Numbered from the stretch's first letter, positions 37,955 through 49,489 are shown. The stretch: DNA of 64,000 bases from Acidobacteriota bacterium (GCA_965248695.1 CBDFKD010000002.1:4896001-4960000); one strand, 5' to 3'. A program made the numbers and translations. The notes: generated from the sequence alone by a model not told the origin.

Positions 37955-40168
37955 ATGCGGGTACACGAGATCGCCAAGGAGCTCGGCATCGCTAGCAAGG
38001 TTGCCATCGAGCATCTGAACGGGCTCGGCGTCGATGTGAAGTCGCACGCCAACGCCATCTCGGAGGCCGACGCAGATCGCCTCCGCGAGATGCTCGCCGG
38101 CCAGACTGACGCTGCCGCCACGAAAGCCAAGCCAGCGGCGAAAGCCAAGCCAGCGGCGAAAGCCAAGCCAGCGGCGAAAGCCAAACCGAAGGCCAAACCG
38201 AAGGCCAAGCCGAAAGCCAAGCCGAAGGACGACCCCAAGGCAAAAGCGGCGGCTGAGCCCGAGCCGGTGGCGGAAGCCGATCCCGCGCCGGAGGCTGAGC
38301 CCCAGCCGGTAGAGGCCGCTACTGAAGCCGAAGACCTCGAAGAGGACCTCTCCGATGCTGCCGAATCGGTCGCTGCCGACGCGGAAGATGGCGCCGAAGC
38401 GGCCGCTGCCTTACTCGAATCCGAGCCGGTCGAGGTCGAAGAGGGCGTCACTGTGCGTCAGCTGGCGGAAGCCGCCGGGATCAGCCCGACGGAGATCATC
38501 ACCGGCCTCATGAGCAAGGGCGTCATGGCCAACCTCACGCAGTCACTGGACACCGACGTGGCCGTCGCGGTGGCCGCCGAGCACGGCGTTCGGCTGCAGG
38601 TGGTGACCGCCGACGAGGTGCTGCTCGGGGCGCCGGAGGAGGGCGATGCCGCGGATCTGGCACCCCGCGCCCCGGTCGTCACCATCATGGGGCACGTAGA
38701 TCACGGCAAGACGCAGTTGCTGGACTCGATTCGCGAAACCAACGTCGTGGCACGGGAGGCCGGTGGTATCACGCAGCATATCGGTGCCTCCGAGGTCGAA
38801 TGGAAGGGCAATCGAATCGTCTTCATCGATACCCCCGGACACCAGGCCTTCACGCGTATGCGTGCCCGCGGGGCGCAGATCACCGACATCGTGGTGCTTG
38901 TCGTGGCCGCCGATGACGGCATCATGCCGCAGACCGTCGAGGCCATCGATCACGCTCGCGCTGCTGACGTTCCGATCCTCGTTGCGATCAACAAGATCGA
39001 CTTGCCGCAGGCCAACGTCGACCGAGTCAAGCAACAGCTGGTCGAGCATCAGCTGCAGCCGGAGGACTGGGGCGGCGAAACGGTATGCGTTCCAGTGTCC
39101 GCCAAGACCAAGGAGCATCTCGAGGATCTGCTCGAGATGGTGATCCTGTCGGCGGAGTTGCTCGAGCTGAAGGCGAATCCGCAGATCACCGCACGCGGCA
39201 GTGTGCTGGAGGCCAAGCTCGATCGTCAGCGCGGCGCGGTGGCCACTTTGCTAGTTCAGGACGGGACGCTGCGCATCGGCGAGGCGCTCATTGCCGGCAA
39301 AGAGAGCGCCAAAGTACGGGCGATGTTCGATTCCGGCGGCAAGCAGTCGAAGGTCGCGCCGCCGGCCACGGCTGTCGAGGTGCTCGGCTTCTCCGGCGTG
39401 CCGGAGGCCGGCGACACTTTCCAGGTCGTCGAGGAGACCGCGATGGCACGCAAGGTCGCCGAGCTTCGACAGTTCAGGTCTCGCACAGACAGCCTCGCCG
39501 CCGGATCTCGGTTGACGCTCGAAGACCTCCACGCTCGGATTCTCGAGGGCGACAAGGTGAAGCTTTCGGTGGTGCTGAAAGCCGACACTCAAGGATCGGT
39601 GCAGACGCTCAGTGATGCTCTGGCCAAGCTTTCGAGCGACTCGGTCCAGGTCGAGATCATGCACGCTGCGGTCGGTGGAGTGACTGAGAACGACGTGTTG
39701 CTGGCGTCGGCATCGGACGCCATCATCGTCGGCTTCAACGTGCGGCCGGAGCGCGACGTGGCCGATGCGGCGACGCGTGAGCGCGTCGACCTGCGGCTCC
39801 ACACGGTCATTTACCGACTCATCGACGAGGTCAGGGCCGCCATGGTCGGCAAGCTCGAACCGACCTTCGAGGAGCGGGCGATGGGAGCCGCCGAGGTTCG
39901 CGATACCTTCCGGGTGCCGCGCGCCGGCACGGTCGCCGGGTGCTACGTGACCGACGGCAAGTTCTTGCGCGGAGCGCGGGCGCGTCTGGTACGAGACTCG
40001 CGGATAATCTACGAAGGCAAGGTCGGGTCGCTGCGTCGCTTCAAGGAGGACGTACGCGAAGTTCAGCAGGGCTTTGAGTGTGGCATCGGTCTGGAGAACT
40101 TCAACGACGTCAAGATCGGTGACGTGCTCGAAGCCTACGACCTCGAGGAGATCGCTCCCAAGCTCTGA
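37955..40168 (+). CDS. infB: Translation initiation factor IF-2
   Basis: [32 protein letters not shown]. Confidence 0.97.
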   Translation: MRVHEIAKELGIASKVAIEHLNGLGVDVKSHANAISEADADRLREMLAGQTDAAATKAKPAAKAKPAAKAKPAAKAKPKAKPKAKPKAKPKDDPKAKAAAEPEPVAEADPAPEAEPQPVEAATEAEDLEEDLSDAAESVAADAEDGAEAAAALLESEPVEVEEGVTVRQLAEAAGISPTEIITGLMSKGVMANLTQSLDTDVAVAVAAEHGVRLQVVTADEVLLGAPEEGDAADLAPRAPVVTIMGHVDHGKTQLLDSIRETNVVAREAGGITQHIGASEVEWKGNRIVFIDTPGHQAFTRMRARGAQITDIVVLVVAADDGIMPQTVEAIDHARAADVPILVAINKIDLPQANVDRVKQQLVEHQLQPEDWGGETVCVPVSAKTKEHLEDLLEMVILSAELLELKANPQITARGSVLEAKLDRQRGAVATLLVQDGTLRIGEALIAGKESAKVRAMFDSGGKQSKVAPPATAVEVLGFSGVPEAGDTFQVVEETAMARKVAELRQFRSRTDSLAAGSRLTLEDLHARILEGDKVKLSVVLKADTQGSVQTLSDALAKLSSDSVQVEIMHAAVGGVTENDVLLASASDAIIVGFNVRPERDVADAATRERVDLRLHTVIYRLIDEVRAAMVGKLEPTFEERAMGAAEVRDTFRVPRAGTVAGCYVTDGKFLRGARARLVRDSRIIYEGKVGSLRRFKEDVREVQQGFECGIGLENFNDVKIGDVLEAYDLEEIAPKL
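38121..38228 (+). repeat. In-frame tandem repeats in infB (3 x 18 bp, then 4 x 12 bp) encoding [10 protein letters not shown]
   Basis: cgaaagccaagccagcgg x3, then cgaa(a/g)gccaa(a/g)c x4. Confidence 0.85.
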
Positions 40169-40229
40169 GTATCGACGTCCGGCGTGAGATGGATCCGGTA
40201 CACCTGCGTCGCCCGGCGCGGAGGCCAGC

Positions 40230-40508
40230 ATGATCATCGGTGTCTGCAGCCTCGAGTTTCGCCTGACGGGTTGCAGGAGTCTCAAGGAAAAACGCATGTT
40301 CCTCAATCGCCTCAAGGGGCGGTTGAAAGCACGCTTCAACGTCGCGGTGGCCGAAGTAGAGCATCAGGACTTGTGGCAGCGGGTGGGCGTCGCGGTGGCG
40401 TCGGTCTCGGCCTCTCAACGACCTCTGGAGGGGCTTTTCGACAGCGTCGTGCGTGAGGCGGAACGGCACGATGCCGAGCTCCTGCGACACACCATCGAGT
40501 ACCTGTAG
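40230..40508 (+). CDS. DUF503 (YlxP-like) protein
   Basis: SLKEKR, FNVAVAEV, DLWQR; usual infB-DUF503-rbfA position. Confidence 0.88.
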   Translation: MIIGVCSLEFRLTGCRSLKEKRMFLNRLKGRLKARFNVAVAEVEHQDLWQRVGVAVASVSASQRPLEGLFDSVVREAERHDAELLRHTIEYL

Positions 40509-40582
40509 AGAAACGTGCCGGCCTTGCGCTCGCCGCCGGCAAGAGCGTATTACCGGCGGATATCGACCCAAGGAACCTGACC

Positions 40583-40960
40583 ATGCGGCATCGTCCACGA
40601 CGAGTCGGAGACAGCTTGCGTGCAGCGCTGGCTGACCTCCTACTCAATGAGGTCAAGGACCCCGGACTCGGGTTCGTTACCGTGACCGAGGTACGCATGA
40701 GCCACGACCTGTGCCATGCGCGGGTGTTCGTCAGCGTCATGGGTGACGCGGAGGCGGAAGCGTCGGCGATGCAGAGCCTGGGGCGGGCGGCCGGCTTCCT
40801 CCGCCGTGAGGTCGGCCGGCGCGTGCAGCTGCGGCGCACACCGGAGCTGCATTTCGAGATCGACCGCACGCTCGATCACAGCGATCGAATCGAGGAGTTG
40901 ATACGTCAGGGAGCGCCGCAGGATCTGGCGGATGGTGGGGCAGATGGCGTCGACGAGTGA
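40583..40960 (+). CDS. rbfA: Ribosome-binding factor A
   Basis: VKDP, VTVTEVRMS, ARVFVS, AGFLR, LRRTPELHF. Confidence 0.95.
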   Translation: MRHRPRRVGDSLRAALADLLLNEVKDPGLGFVTVTEVRMSHDLCHARVFVSVMGDAEAEASAMQSLGRAAGFLRREVGRRVQLRRTPELHFEIDRTLDHSDRIEELIRQGAPQDLADGGADGVDE

Positions 40961-41912
40961 CGGAATCGAGAAGGTAGTCCGTTGGATCGAGAAGCGCGAC
41001 GATTTCGTCATCGCGTCTCACACGGATCCGGACGGCGACTCGCTGGGCTCCTCGCTGGGCTTGTCGCTGATGCTCGATCAGGCCGGCAAGCGATCGGAGG
41101 TGGCAATCCAGCAGCCGTTCCCGCGGCGATTCGACTGGCTGCCGGAAGCGTCGCGGGTACAGAGCCTCGATGCCGTAACACGGCGGTCACGCGCCAGCAT
41201 TCTGGTGGAGTGCTCCGACTTTGCTCGCGCCGGTGTCACCGGACTTGATCGGATCGAGTCGCTCAACATCGATCATCACAGCCAGAACGCGATGTTCGCC
41301 GACGTGAACTGGGTCGATCCGCGGGTTGCCGCCACCAGCATGATGGTGGCGCGGCTGGCGGAGCCCCTCGGGGCCGAGATCACGCCGCCAATCGCCACGC
41401 TGCTGTACGTGGCCGTGCTCACCGATACGGGGTCGTTCCACCACTCCAACACCGACGCTGCGGCACTCCAGTTCGCCGCCGACATGGTCACCGCCGGTGC
41501 GGATGCATCGGCAATCGCCGAGGCGGTCTATGGCAACGTGCCGGCAGCACGGGTGTACTTGCTAGCCGACGCACTCGCGACCCTGAAGCTCGAGGATGGC
41601 GGGTCGGTGGCCTGGATGGTCCTCTGGCGCCGTGACTTCGCGCGCCGAGGCGGCGGCGATACCGAAGGGCTGATCAATCAGGCGCAGTCGATCGCCGGGG
41701 TGGGCGTGTCGCTTTTGTTCAAGGAAGTCGGACGTGAGCAGTTCCGCGTCAGCCTGCGATCCGATGGCAGCGTCGACGTGGCCAAGGTTGCGGCGGCGTA
41801 CGGCGGCGGCGGCCATCCGCGCGCCTCGGGATGTCAGCTCGACGGCTCGTTGGAGCAGGTGCGGACGCGGATCCTCGCCCGCGTCAGCCGCTCGCGAGAG
41901 GTAGGGGGGTGA
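40944..41912 (+). CDS. nrnA: DHH family oligoribonuclease/pAp phosphatase
   Basis: HTDPDGDSLGS, IDHH, TDTGSF, SLRS, GGGH; between rbfA and truB. Confidence 0.85.
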   Translation: MASTSDGIEKVVRWIEKRDDFVIASHTDPDGDSLGSSLGLSLMLDQAGKRSEVAIQQPFPRRFDWLPEASRVQSLDAVTRRSRASILVECSDFARAGVTGLDRIESLNIDHHSQNAMFADVNWVDPRVAATSMMVARLAEPLGAEITPPIATLLYVAVLTDTGSFHHSNTDAAALQFAADMVTAGADASAIAEAVYGNVPAARVYLLADALATLKLEDGGSVAWMVLWRRDFARRGGGDTEGLINQAQSIAGVGVSLLFKEVGREQFRVSLRSDGSVDVAKVAAAYGGGGHPRASGCQLDGSLEQVRTRILARVSRSREVGG

Positions 41913-42832
41913 AGAGCAAGCTCGTCGGAATGCTCGTGGCCGACAAGCCGCCCGGCATGACGTCGCACGATGTCGTCGCCAAGATAAGACACCGCCTCCG
42001 TTGCCGTGCCGGGCACACCGGCACACTCGACCCGCAAGCAACCGGGGTGCTGCTGTTGTGTCTCGGCCGGGCAACGCGCTTGGCGAGGTTCCTCCAGAGT
42101 CAGGACAAGTTCTACGACTGCGGTATCCGGCTCGGTTGGGCCACCGACACGTACGATTCCGAAGGAGCAATGGTCGGCGATCGAGTTTCCGCGCCGCCGA
42201 TCGAACCTCGGCGGCTAGCCGAGGTGCTGGAGTCTTTCGTGGGCGAGATCCAGCAGGTGCCGCCGGCCTACTCGGCCAAGAAGATCCGTGGTCAGCCGGC
42301 GTACAAGCGGGTTCGACGAGGTGAGACCGTCGAGCACCAGGCGGTGCCCGTGCGGGTGCATTCCATTGAGCTACTCGAGCACGGCGCCGAGCTGCTGAGG
42401 CTGCGGGTACACTGCGGATCGGGCACCTATGTGCGCACTCTGGCACATGATATCGGCGCTGCCGTTGGCTGCCCGGCCCATCTTGCCTCGCTGCGTCGGA
42501 CTCGGGTCGGCCGCTTCGATCTGTCCGGGGCCCTGGACTGGGAATCGCTGGCCAACGGCCCGGTGGAAGCGATCGAGGCCCGCGTACTACCGGCGGCGGC
42601 GATCGTGCAGGAGTGGCCCGGTGTGGTAGTCGATCGGGAGGGGCTCGACATCATTCGCAACGGTGGAGTGCTGGAGCCACATTGCATCATCGACCGGGTG
42701 CCGGCGGAGGGCCCGACGGCCTCACCAGGCCGCCCGGGTTGGGTGCGCGTGATGGACCCGGAGGCGCAGCTGCTGGCGGCCGCCGAGTTGCTTCCGGGGG
42801 GGATGTTGCAGCCCCGAATCGTACTGATCTAG
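41909..42832 (+). CDS. truB: tRNA pseudouridine(55) synthase
   Basis: DKPPGMTSHDVV, GHTGTLDP, QVPPAYSA, GTYVRTL; GTG start at 41909. Confidence 0.95.
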   Translation: MKSKLVGMLVADKPPGMTSHDVVAKIRHRLRCRAGHTGTLDPQATGVLLLCLGRATRLARFLQSQDKFYDCGIRLGWATDTYDSEGAMVGDRVSAPPIEPRRLAEVLESFVGEIQQVPPAYSAKKIRGQPAYKRVRRGETVEHQAVPVRVHSIELLEHGAELLRLRVHCGSGTYVRTLAHDIGAAVGCPAHLASLRRTRVGRFDLSGALDWESLANGPVEAIEARVLPAAAIVQEWPGVVVDREGLDIIRNGGVLEPHCIIDRVPAEGPTASPGRPGWVRVMDPEAQLLAAAELLPGGMLQPRIVLI

Positions 42833-42894
42833 ACGCGGGTCTGCAGACGCGACACCGCCGCGCTGCAACGGTCGCCAGGGGCACCTCTGGCGCG

Positions 42895-42923
42895 TTTACA
42901 GGCCCCTGACCCCGTGGTACCTT
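42895..42923 (+). promoter_or_regulatory. Sigma70-type promoter for rpsO-pnp
   Basis: TTTACA, 17-nt spacer, TACCTT, with extended TG. Confidence 0.6.
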
Positions 42924-43020
42924 TGCCGTCTTGCCTGGCACTCGTGCGCCTGGACACCTGCTGAAATCTGTTGCCCGGCAAACCCACGCACAAAGATTAG
43001 AAGCGAGCTACGCGAAGAGG

Positions 43021-43281
43021 ATGATGAGTCAAGCGGAGATAGCGATCGAAGGGTACCGGCAGCACCCGACGGATACCGGGTCCTCGGAGGTCCAAGTTGC
43101 GCAACTGACCTCGCGGATTCGGCACCTCACGGAGCACATGAAGGCCAATCGTAGCGACTACGCGACCCAGCGCGGGCTGCAGATGCTCGTCGGCAAGCGT
43201 CGGCGCCTGCTCGATTACCTGCGCGGCGTGAGCGTAGCGCGGTATCAGAATCTCATCGAAAGGCTGGGGCTGCGACGATAG
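43021..43281 (+). CDS. rpsO: 30S ribosomal protein S15
   Basis: [32 protein letters not shown]. Confidence 0.95.
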   Translation: MMSQAEIAIEGYRQHPTDTGSSEVQVAQLTSRIRHLTEHMKANRSDYATQRGLQMLVGKRRRLLDYLRGVSVARYQNLIERLGLRR

Positions 43282-43471
43282 TCGGGCGCTTGCTGCGGAA
43301 GGAAACGGCGTAAGAAGAGAAGCGGATAGCGGATAGCGGACGCGGCGAAGGGAACTTCGAAGCCTGCTCGGAACACACCTCGGGGAAGCACACTCCACCC
43401 CTGTCGTGTAACCAAGCTGCGCGCTCGCTCGCCTGTACAGGGTCGCTGAGCGGCTTGGAGGAACGTACTAG

Positions 43472-45568
43472 ATGATCGTGCAAGAGAAGATCGAGCTGAA
43501 CGGCCAGACAATCGAGTTCGAGGTCGGCCGTGTCGCTCGGCAAGCGGACGGTTCGGTGGTCGTATCGTGCGGTGATACGAAAGTACTGGTCACCGCGGTC
43601 ATGGCTCGCAAGCCCAAGGCCGCATCCTTTCTGCCCCTCACCGTCGACTATCGTGAGTGGACCTACGCTGGCGGCCGCATCCCTGGCGGCTTCTTCAAGC
43701 GCGAGGGGCGACCGGCAGACAAGGAAATCCTCACGTCTCGCATGATCGATCGCAGCATCCGACCGTTGTTCCCGAAGGGGTATCGGTACGAGACGCAGGT
43801 CATCGGCATGGTGCTCTCCGCCGACGGCGAGAACGATCCTGCGATCTTCGCCAAGATGGGCGCGTCGATGGCCCTCAACTGCTCGCGCATACCGTTCGAC
43901 ACACCGTTTGCGGCGTTCCGTGTCGGACTGGACGAGGACGGCTATCTACTCAACCCGACATCGACGCAGATGGACAACAGCTGTCTCGATTTGATCCTCT
44001 GTGCCCGGCGTGATGCGGTCATGATGGTTGAGGCAGGTGCCGACGAAGTGAGCGAGGCTGAGGTCATCGGTGCGTTCGAGTTCGCGCAGCCGTACGTCGA
44101 GGCCTATATCGATCTGCAGGAGAAGATCCGAGACCAGCTGGGCATCGAGAAGATGGTCTTCGAGCCAGTCGAGCTGAGCGCTGAGCTTTGCGCCCGGGTC
44201 GACGAGATCGGCGGCGAGAAGATCCGCGAGGCGCTGACCGTCGGCGACAAGATCGAGCGCCGCGACCGTATGGGAGAGGTCAAGACCGAGATCAAGGCAG
44301 CCATCGCCGAGGAAAACGAAAAGTGGGCGGCCGATGCCGGCGAGGCGATCTCGGAGCTGGTGAAGCGCGCCACACGGCATTCGGCACTGCGCGAGGGCAA
44401 GCGGTTCGACGGCCGGGCGTTCGACGAGGTCCGGCCGATCCACTGCGAAGTGGGCTATTCCCCACGCGCCCATGGCTCGGCATTGTTTACGCGTGGAGAG
44501 ACGCAGGCGTTCGTCACCACGACGCTCGGTACCTCGGATGACGCGCGCAAGGTCGAAGGGTACGACGGCGAGTACTGGAAGCGCTTCATGCTGCACTACA
44601 ACTTCCCGCCGTTTTCTGTCGGCGAGGCGCGTTTCATGCGCGGCCCCGGTCGTCGTGAGATCGGTCACGGACATCTTGCCGAGCGCGCCATCGATCCGGT
44701 GTTGCCAACGGACGATGATTGGCCGTACGTGCTGCGGACAGTCTCGGAGATCCTGGAGTCCAACGGGTCGTCGTCGATGGCGACCATTTGTGGTGGAACA
44801 CTGTCGTTGATGGATGCCGGCGTGCCGATCCGCGCACCAGTGGCCGGCATTGCCATGGGCCTGATGAAGGACGACGAGACGGTCGCCATCCTGTCGGATA
44901 TCGCCGGTGAGGAAGATCACTACGGGGATATGGACTTCAAGGTGGCCGGTACGCCACGCGGCATCACCGCGCTGCAGATGGACATCAAGATCTCCGGCCT
45001 GTCGCGGGAAATCCTCGAGCAAGCGCTCGAACAGGCGCACCAGAACCGCCTTCACATCTTGAAAAAGATGAGTGAAGCGCTTGCCGCTCCGCGGCCCGAA
45101 ACCAGCCAGTGGGCGCCGCAGATCATCACCGTCAAAATCTCGGTGGATCGGATCCGCGACATCATCGGCCCGGGCGGGCGGATCATCCGGCAGATGCAGG
45201 AAGATACCGGCTGCAAGATCAACGTCGAGGACGACGGCACGGTGCAGATCGCATCACCCGACGCCGAGGCGTGTGCGGCCGCCCAGAAGATGATCTCGGA
45301 CCTGACTCAGGAGGCCGAGGTCGGCAAGGTCTATCGTGGCAAGGTGCGCTCGATCAAGGACTTCGGTGCCTTTGTCGAGATCCTGCCGGGAACCGACGGC
45401 CTGCTGCACATCTCCGAGGTGGCCGAGCATCGGGTCGACGACATGCGCGAGCATGTGAGCGAGGGACAGGAGCTCACCGTCAAGGTGGTCAAGATCGAGG
45501 CACCGAACCGCATTCGCCTGTCACTCAAGGCGCTGACTGAGGCTGAGAAGGCCTCCGTCGAGGCTTAG
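43472..45568 (+). CDS. pnp: Polyribonucleotide nucleotidyltransferase (PNPase)
   Basis: [46 protein letters not shown] and S1 domains. Confidence 0.97.
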   Translation: MIVQEKIELNGQTIEFEVGRVARQADGSVVVSCGDTKVLVTAVMARKPKAASFLPLTVDYREWTYAGGRIPGGFFKREGRPADKEILTSRMIDRSIRPLFPKGYRYETQVIGMVLSADGENDPAIFAKMGASMALNCSRIPFDTPFAAFRVGLDEDGYLLNPTSTQMDNSCLDLILCARRDAVMMVEAGADEVSEAEVIGAFEFAQPYVEAYIDLQEKIRDQLGIEKMVFEPVELSAELCARVDEIGGEKIREALTVGDKIERRDRMGEVKTEIKAAIAEENEKWAADAGEAISELVKRATRHSALREGKRFDGRAFDEVRPIHCEVGYSPRAHGSALFTRGETQAFVTTTLGTSDDARKVEGYDGEYWKRFMLHYNFPPFSVGEARFMRGPGRREIGHGHLAERAIDPVLPTDDDWPYVLRTVSEILESNGSSSMATICGGTLSLMDAGVPIRAPVAGIAMGLMKDDETVAILSDIAGEEDHYGDMDFKVAGTPRGITALQMDIKISGLSREILEQALEQAHQNRLHILKKMSEALAAPRPETSQWAPQIITVKISVDRIRDIIGPGGRIIRQMQEDTGCKINVEDDGTVQIASPDAEACAAAQKMISDLTQEAEVGKVYRGKVRSIKDFGAFVEILPGTDGLLHISEVAEHRVDDMREHVSEGQELTVKVVKIEAPNRIRLSLKALTEAEKASVEA

Positions 45569-45572
45569 ATCG

Positions 45573-46010
45573 ATGAGCACGCCATATCCATCTGCCAAGG
45601 ACATCGAACGCCGTTGGTGGTCGGTCGACGCGGAAGGCAAAGTGCTGGGCCGACTCGCCACGACGATCGCAACGGTGCTCATGGGAAAGCACAAGGCGAT
45701 CTACACGCCCTTTCTGGATTGCGGCGATCACGTGGTGGTAGTGAATGCCGAGAAGATCGTGTTGACGGGCAACAAGCTCGATGACAAGAAGTACTACCGT
45801 TACAGCGGCTACCCGGGAGGATTGAAAGAGACCAACGCCCGGCGCGTGCTGGAGACGTACCCGGAGCGGGTGCTCGAGGCGGCGGTGAAGGGGATGCTCC
45901 CGAAGACCCGGTTGGGCCGGCAGATGTACAGCAAGCTGCGGGTCTACGCCGGCCCGGAGCATCCGCACGCGAGCCAACACCCCGAGCCGTTGGCCGGTGA
46001 CCGGGCTTGA
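45573..46010 (+). CDS. rplM: 50S ribosomal protein L13
   Basis: [39 protein letters not shown]. Confidence 0.97.
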   Translation: MSTPYPSAKDIERRWWSVDAEGKVLGRLATTIATVLMGKHKAIYTPFLDCGDHVVVVNAEKIVLTGNKLDDKKYYRYSGYPGGLKETNARRVLETYPERVLEAAVKGMLPKTRLGRQMYSKLRVYAGPEHPHASQHPEPLAGDRA

Positions 46011-46020
46011 TGAGGAAACG

Positions 46021-46413
46021 ATGACAGACGTTCGGTACTACGGAACTGGCAAGCGGAAGTCGTCCATCGCGAGGGTATTCCTGCGACCGGGAACCGGAGA
46101 GATCACGGTTAACCGGCGGACGCTCGAACACTACTTCCCGATTGCAACGCACCGCGCGGCCGTGACCCTGCCGCTGCAGGTGGCGGAGGCCGAGGGGAAG
46201 GTCGATTTGATGATCACCGTCAAGGGCGGGGGGCCTTCGGGCCAAGCCGGAGCGGTGCGGCACGGCGTGGCGCGCGCGCTCCTGGATTCCGATCCAGGCC
46301 TTCGCGCCGCCCTCAAGGAACACGGATTGCTGACGCGCGACGCTCGCAGGAAGGAGCGCAAGAAGTACGGCCTCAAGGGTGCGCGCGCCAGGTTCCAGTT
46401 CAGCAAGCGTTAG
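46021..46413 (+). CDS. rpsI: 30S ribosomal protein S9
   Basis: [28 protein letters not shown]; ATG 46021. Confidence 0.97.
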   Translation: MTDVRYYGTGKRKSSIARVFLRPGTGEITVNRRTLEHYFPIATHRAAVTLPLQVAEAEGKVDLMITVKGGGPSGQAGAVRHGVARALLDSDPGLRAALKEHGLLTRDARRKERKKYGLKGARARFQFSKR

Positions 46414-46421
46414 GAGGAATC

Positions 46422-47408
46422 GTGGTCGGCGTTTCGCTGCGGCAATTGCTCGAGGCTGGTGTCCATTTCGGTCATCAGACGGGGCGCTGGAACCCGAAGA
46501 TGAAGTCGTTCATCTTCGGAAAGAAGAACGGTATCTACATCATCGACCTGCAGAAAACGCAGGCGGCGTGGACCGAGGCTCTGAGCTTCCTCGAGCAGGA
46601 AGCAGCGCAGGGTGGCAAGGTGCTCTTTGTCGGCACCAAGCGCCAGGCGCAGGAGACGATCGCCGACGAAGCGAACCGTTGCGGTCAGTACTACGTCAAC
46701 CACCGCTGGCTCGGGGGGTTGCTCACCAACTATCAGACCATTCGCAAGAGCATCGAGCGCTACAAGGATCTCGAGGCGATGGCGGACGACGGGCGCTTCG
46801 ATCTGCTTCCCAAGAAGGAGGTTCTGAAGCTCCGGCGCGAGCTCTTCAAGCTCGACCGCAACCTGGTCGGAATCAAGGACATGGGCGGCTTGCCGGATGT
46901 CGTTTTCGTGATGGATATCCGTCGCGAGCGCATCGCGGTCGACGAGGCCCTGAAGCTCGGAATACCGGTCGTCGCCATCGTCGATACGAATTGTGATCCG
47001 AACGGGATCGACTTCGTCGTACCTGGCAATGACGATGCCCTGCGCGCGATCCGACTGTTCTGCGAAGCGGCGGCAACGGCGCTCCTGGCCGGACGCGCAA
47101 TCTACGATTCGTCGCTCGAGGACGCGGTGCGAGAAAAGGCCGAGGCAGAGAGTGCCAAGCAGAAGATGGTCGAGGCAGCGGAGGCCGCCGACGCCGCGGT
47201 AGATGACGCCACGGTAGACGATGCCGCGGCGGATGATGCTGCGGAGGTGGTTGAGCCAGCTGCAGAGGAGGCCGTAGCGACGGCGGAGGAAGCGGCCGCC
47301 GAGGAGGCCTCAGCCGATGAAGCAAGTGCCGGTGATGCTGCTGAGGAGACCGCGTCCGAGTCGCCAGACGGCGGCGCGGAGGCTGCTCCCGAGGCCGACA
47401 AGGCCTGA
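46422..47408 (+). CDS. rpsB: 30S ribosomal protein S2 with acidic C-terminal extension
   Basis: [35 protein letters not shown]. Confidence 0.97.
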   Translation: MVGVSLRQLLEAGVHFGHQTGRWNPKMKSFIFGKKNGIYIIDLQKTQAAWTEALSFLEQEAAQGGKVLFVGTKRQAQETIADEANRCGQYYVNHRWLGGLLTNYQTIRKSIERYKDLEAMADDGRFDLLPKKEVLKLRRELFKLDRNLVGIKDMGGLPDVVFVMDIRRERIAVDEALKLGIPVVAIVDTNCDPNGIDFVVPGNDDALRAIRLFCEAAATALLAGRAIYDSSLEDAVREKAEAESAKQKMVEAAEAADAAVDDATVDDAAADDAAEVVEPAAEEAVATAEEAAAEEASADEASAGDAAEETASESPDGGAEAAPEADKA

Positions 47409-47489
47409 CGGCGAGGCCCTACCAGAGACCCTGGTGGATGCGGGGACTGCCGCGACCACCGCGAACTTTGTGCACGAGGAAGGCTAGAG

Positions 47490-48125
47490 ATGGACATCAG
47501 TGCGGCCGCTGTCAAAGAGCTCAGGGAGCGCACGGGCGTCGGGTTCATGGACTGCAAGCAGGCGCTCCGCGAGGCCAACGGCGACATGGACGAGGCGATC
47601 AAGATCCTGCGCACCATGGGCAAGGCGAAGGCGGCCAAGAAGGCTGGCCGCGCAGCTACCGAGGGTCGTATCGAGTCTTACGTCCACATGGGAGGCAAGA
47701 TCGCCGTGCTCCTCGAGCTCAACTGCGAGACCGACTTCGTCGCCCGAAACGAGGACTTCGGCTCGCTGGCGCGCGATCTGGCGATGCATGTCGCAGCGGC
47801 CAACCCCAAGAACATTCGCCGCGAGGACGTCGATGCCGCCGTGCTCGATGCCGAGCGGCAGGTGTTCCATGACCAGGCAGTAGCGGAGGGCAAGCCCGAG
47901 AACATCATCGACAAGATCGTTAGCGGCAAGATCAACCGCTACCTGGCCGAGACCTGTCTGCTCGAACAGGGCTTCGTCAAGGACCCGGACAAGAAGGTCG
48001 CAGATCTGATTACCGAAGCGGTCACCAAGCTCGGGGAGAATATTCTCGTCGGGCGATTTTCGCGGTTGGCAATCGGTGATTCGGATCCCACTTTGGCGGT
48101 AAGCAGCCCGGCCAGCACCGAGTAG
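47490..48125 (+). CDS. tsf: Elongation factor Ts (short form)
   Basis: VKELRERTG, MDCK, ELNCETDFVA, LLEQGFVKD. Confidence 0.96.
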   Translation: MDISAAAVKELRERTGVGFMDCKQALREANGDMDEAIKILRTMGKAKAAKKAGRAATEGRIESYVHMGGKIAVLLELNCETDFVARNEDFGSLARDLAMHVAAANPKNIRREDVDAAVLDAERQVFHDQAVAEGKPENIIDKIVSGKINRYLAETCLLEQGFVKDPDKKVADLITEAVTKLGENILVGRFSRLAIGDSDPTLAVSSPASTE

Positions 48126-48163
48126 CCGCCTGGGCGCGGCTCCGTTCAACGGGAGGGACGCGC

Positions 48164-48907
48164 ATGACCGACGCTCGGCCGGCATACCGGCGCGTGCTGC
48201 TGAAGCTGTCCGGCGAGGTCCTCATGGGCTCGACCGGCTACGGGATCGACCACCAGGTCGCCCACAGCATTGCCGGCGAGATTCACAGGGCGCGCTCGGC
48301 GTGCGACGCCATGGGCCTGGTGATAGGCGGGGGCAACATCTTCCGTGGCATCAACGCCGGCGATCTCGGCATCGACCGTGTGACTGCCGATCACATCGGT
48401 ATGCTCGCTACGGTGATGAACAGCTTGGCGCTTCAGGACGCGCTCGAGAAGGGCGGCCTGGATACCCGGGTGATGTCGGCGCTGCGCATGGACAAGGTTG
48501 CCGAGCCGTTCATCCGTCGCCGGGCACAGCGGCACATGGAAAAAGGCCGCGTCGTCATCTTCGCCGCTGGCACCGGCAGTCCGTACTTCTCCACCGACAC
48601 GGCGGCTGCGTTGCGTGCCCTGGAGATGAACGCCGATGTGCTGATGAAGGGTACGAAGGTCGACGGGCTCTTGACCGCCGACCCGGTCAAGGATCCGGAT
48701 GCGCAGTTGATCGAACGGACGACGTTCGAGGAGGTGCTAAGCAACCGGCTCGGGGTCATGGACTCGGCAGCTGTGGCGCATTGTATGGAGAACGACCTGC
48801 CGATTCTTATCTTCAACATGCGCGAATCCGGTAGTATCGTGACGGCAATTCGTGGCGAACCGATCGGATCGTTGATCGCTCCCGCGGAGTATTCGCACAG
48901 TAGCTGA
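48164..48907 (+). CDS. pyrH: UMP kinase
   Basis: LLKLSGE, GGGNIFRG, GMLATVMN, FSTDTAAALRA. Confidence 0.97.
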   Translation: MTDARPAYRRVLLKLSGEVLMGSTGYGIDHQVAHSIAGEIHRARSACDAMGLVIGGGNIFRGINAGDLGIDRVTADHIGMLATVMNSLALQDALEKGGLDTRVMSALRMDKVAEPFIRRRAQRHMEKGRVVIFAAGTGSPYFSTDTAAALRALEMNADVLMKGTKVDGLLTADPVKDPDAQLIERTTFEEVLSNRLGVMDSAAVAHCMENDLPILIFNMRESGSIVTAIRGEPIGSLIAPAEYSHSS

Positions 48908-48919
48908 GGGGCTCGAGCG

Positions 48920-49489
48920 ATGGCGGAAGACGAGGTCCGGCAGGCGCTGCTCGCCGGACAACAGCGGATGAGCGCCGCGAGCGAGGCCTTCGCTCGTGAG
49001 CTCCGGACGATTCGGACGGGGCGCGCCAACACGGCGGTGCTGGACGATGTCCTGGTCGACTACTACGGCACTTCGACGCCGTTGAATCAGCTCGCCAGCC
49101 TAGCGGCTCCGGAGCCGCAGTTGATTGTCGTGCAGCCGTATGACCGGGGCTCCATCGGCGCCATCGAGAAGGCGGTCCTGCAGGCAGACCTGGGACTGAA
49201 CCCTAATAACGATGGCGCCGTGATCCGTGTGCCGATCCCCGAGTTGACCGAGGAGCGGCGACACGAGCTTGCCAAGAACGTCGGCGCAATCGCCGAGCAC
49301 GGCAAGACAGAGATGCGACAGATACGTCGTGATGTCAACGAGGAGATCAAGAAGCTAGAGAATGACAGCGATCTCTCGGAAGACGAATCGCGCCGCGGGC
49401 TCAAGCAAGCCCAGGAGCTGACCGACAAGTTCTGTTCGGGCATTGAGGAGCTGGCCGAGGCCAAGCGACAGGAACTCCTCACCTTCTGA
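48920..49489 (+). CDS. frr: Ribosome recycling factor
   Basis: IRTGRAN, VDYYG, PLNQLA, LTEERR. Confidence 0.96.
   Translation: MAEDEVRQALLAGQQRMSAASEAFARELRTIRTGRANTAVLDDVLVDYYGTSTPLNQLASLAAPEPQLIVVQPYDRGSIGAIEKAVLQADLGLNPNNDGAVIRVPIPELTEERRHELAKNVGAIAEHGKTEMRQIRRDVNEEIKKLENDSDLSEDESRRGLKQAQELTDKFCSGIEELAEAKRQELLTF

Noticed and set aside
43291-43310. SRP RNA-like GGAAGGAA motif after rpsO
   Set aside because: Lacks the upstream TCAGG and downstream AGCAG conserved bases.
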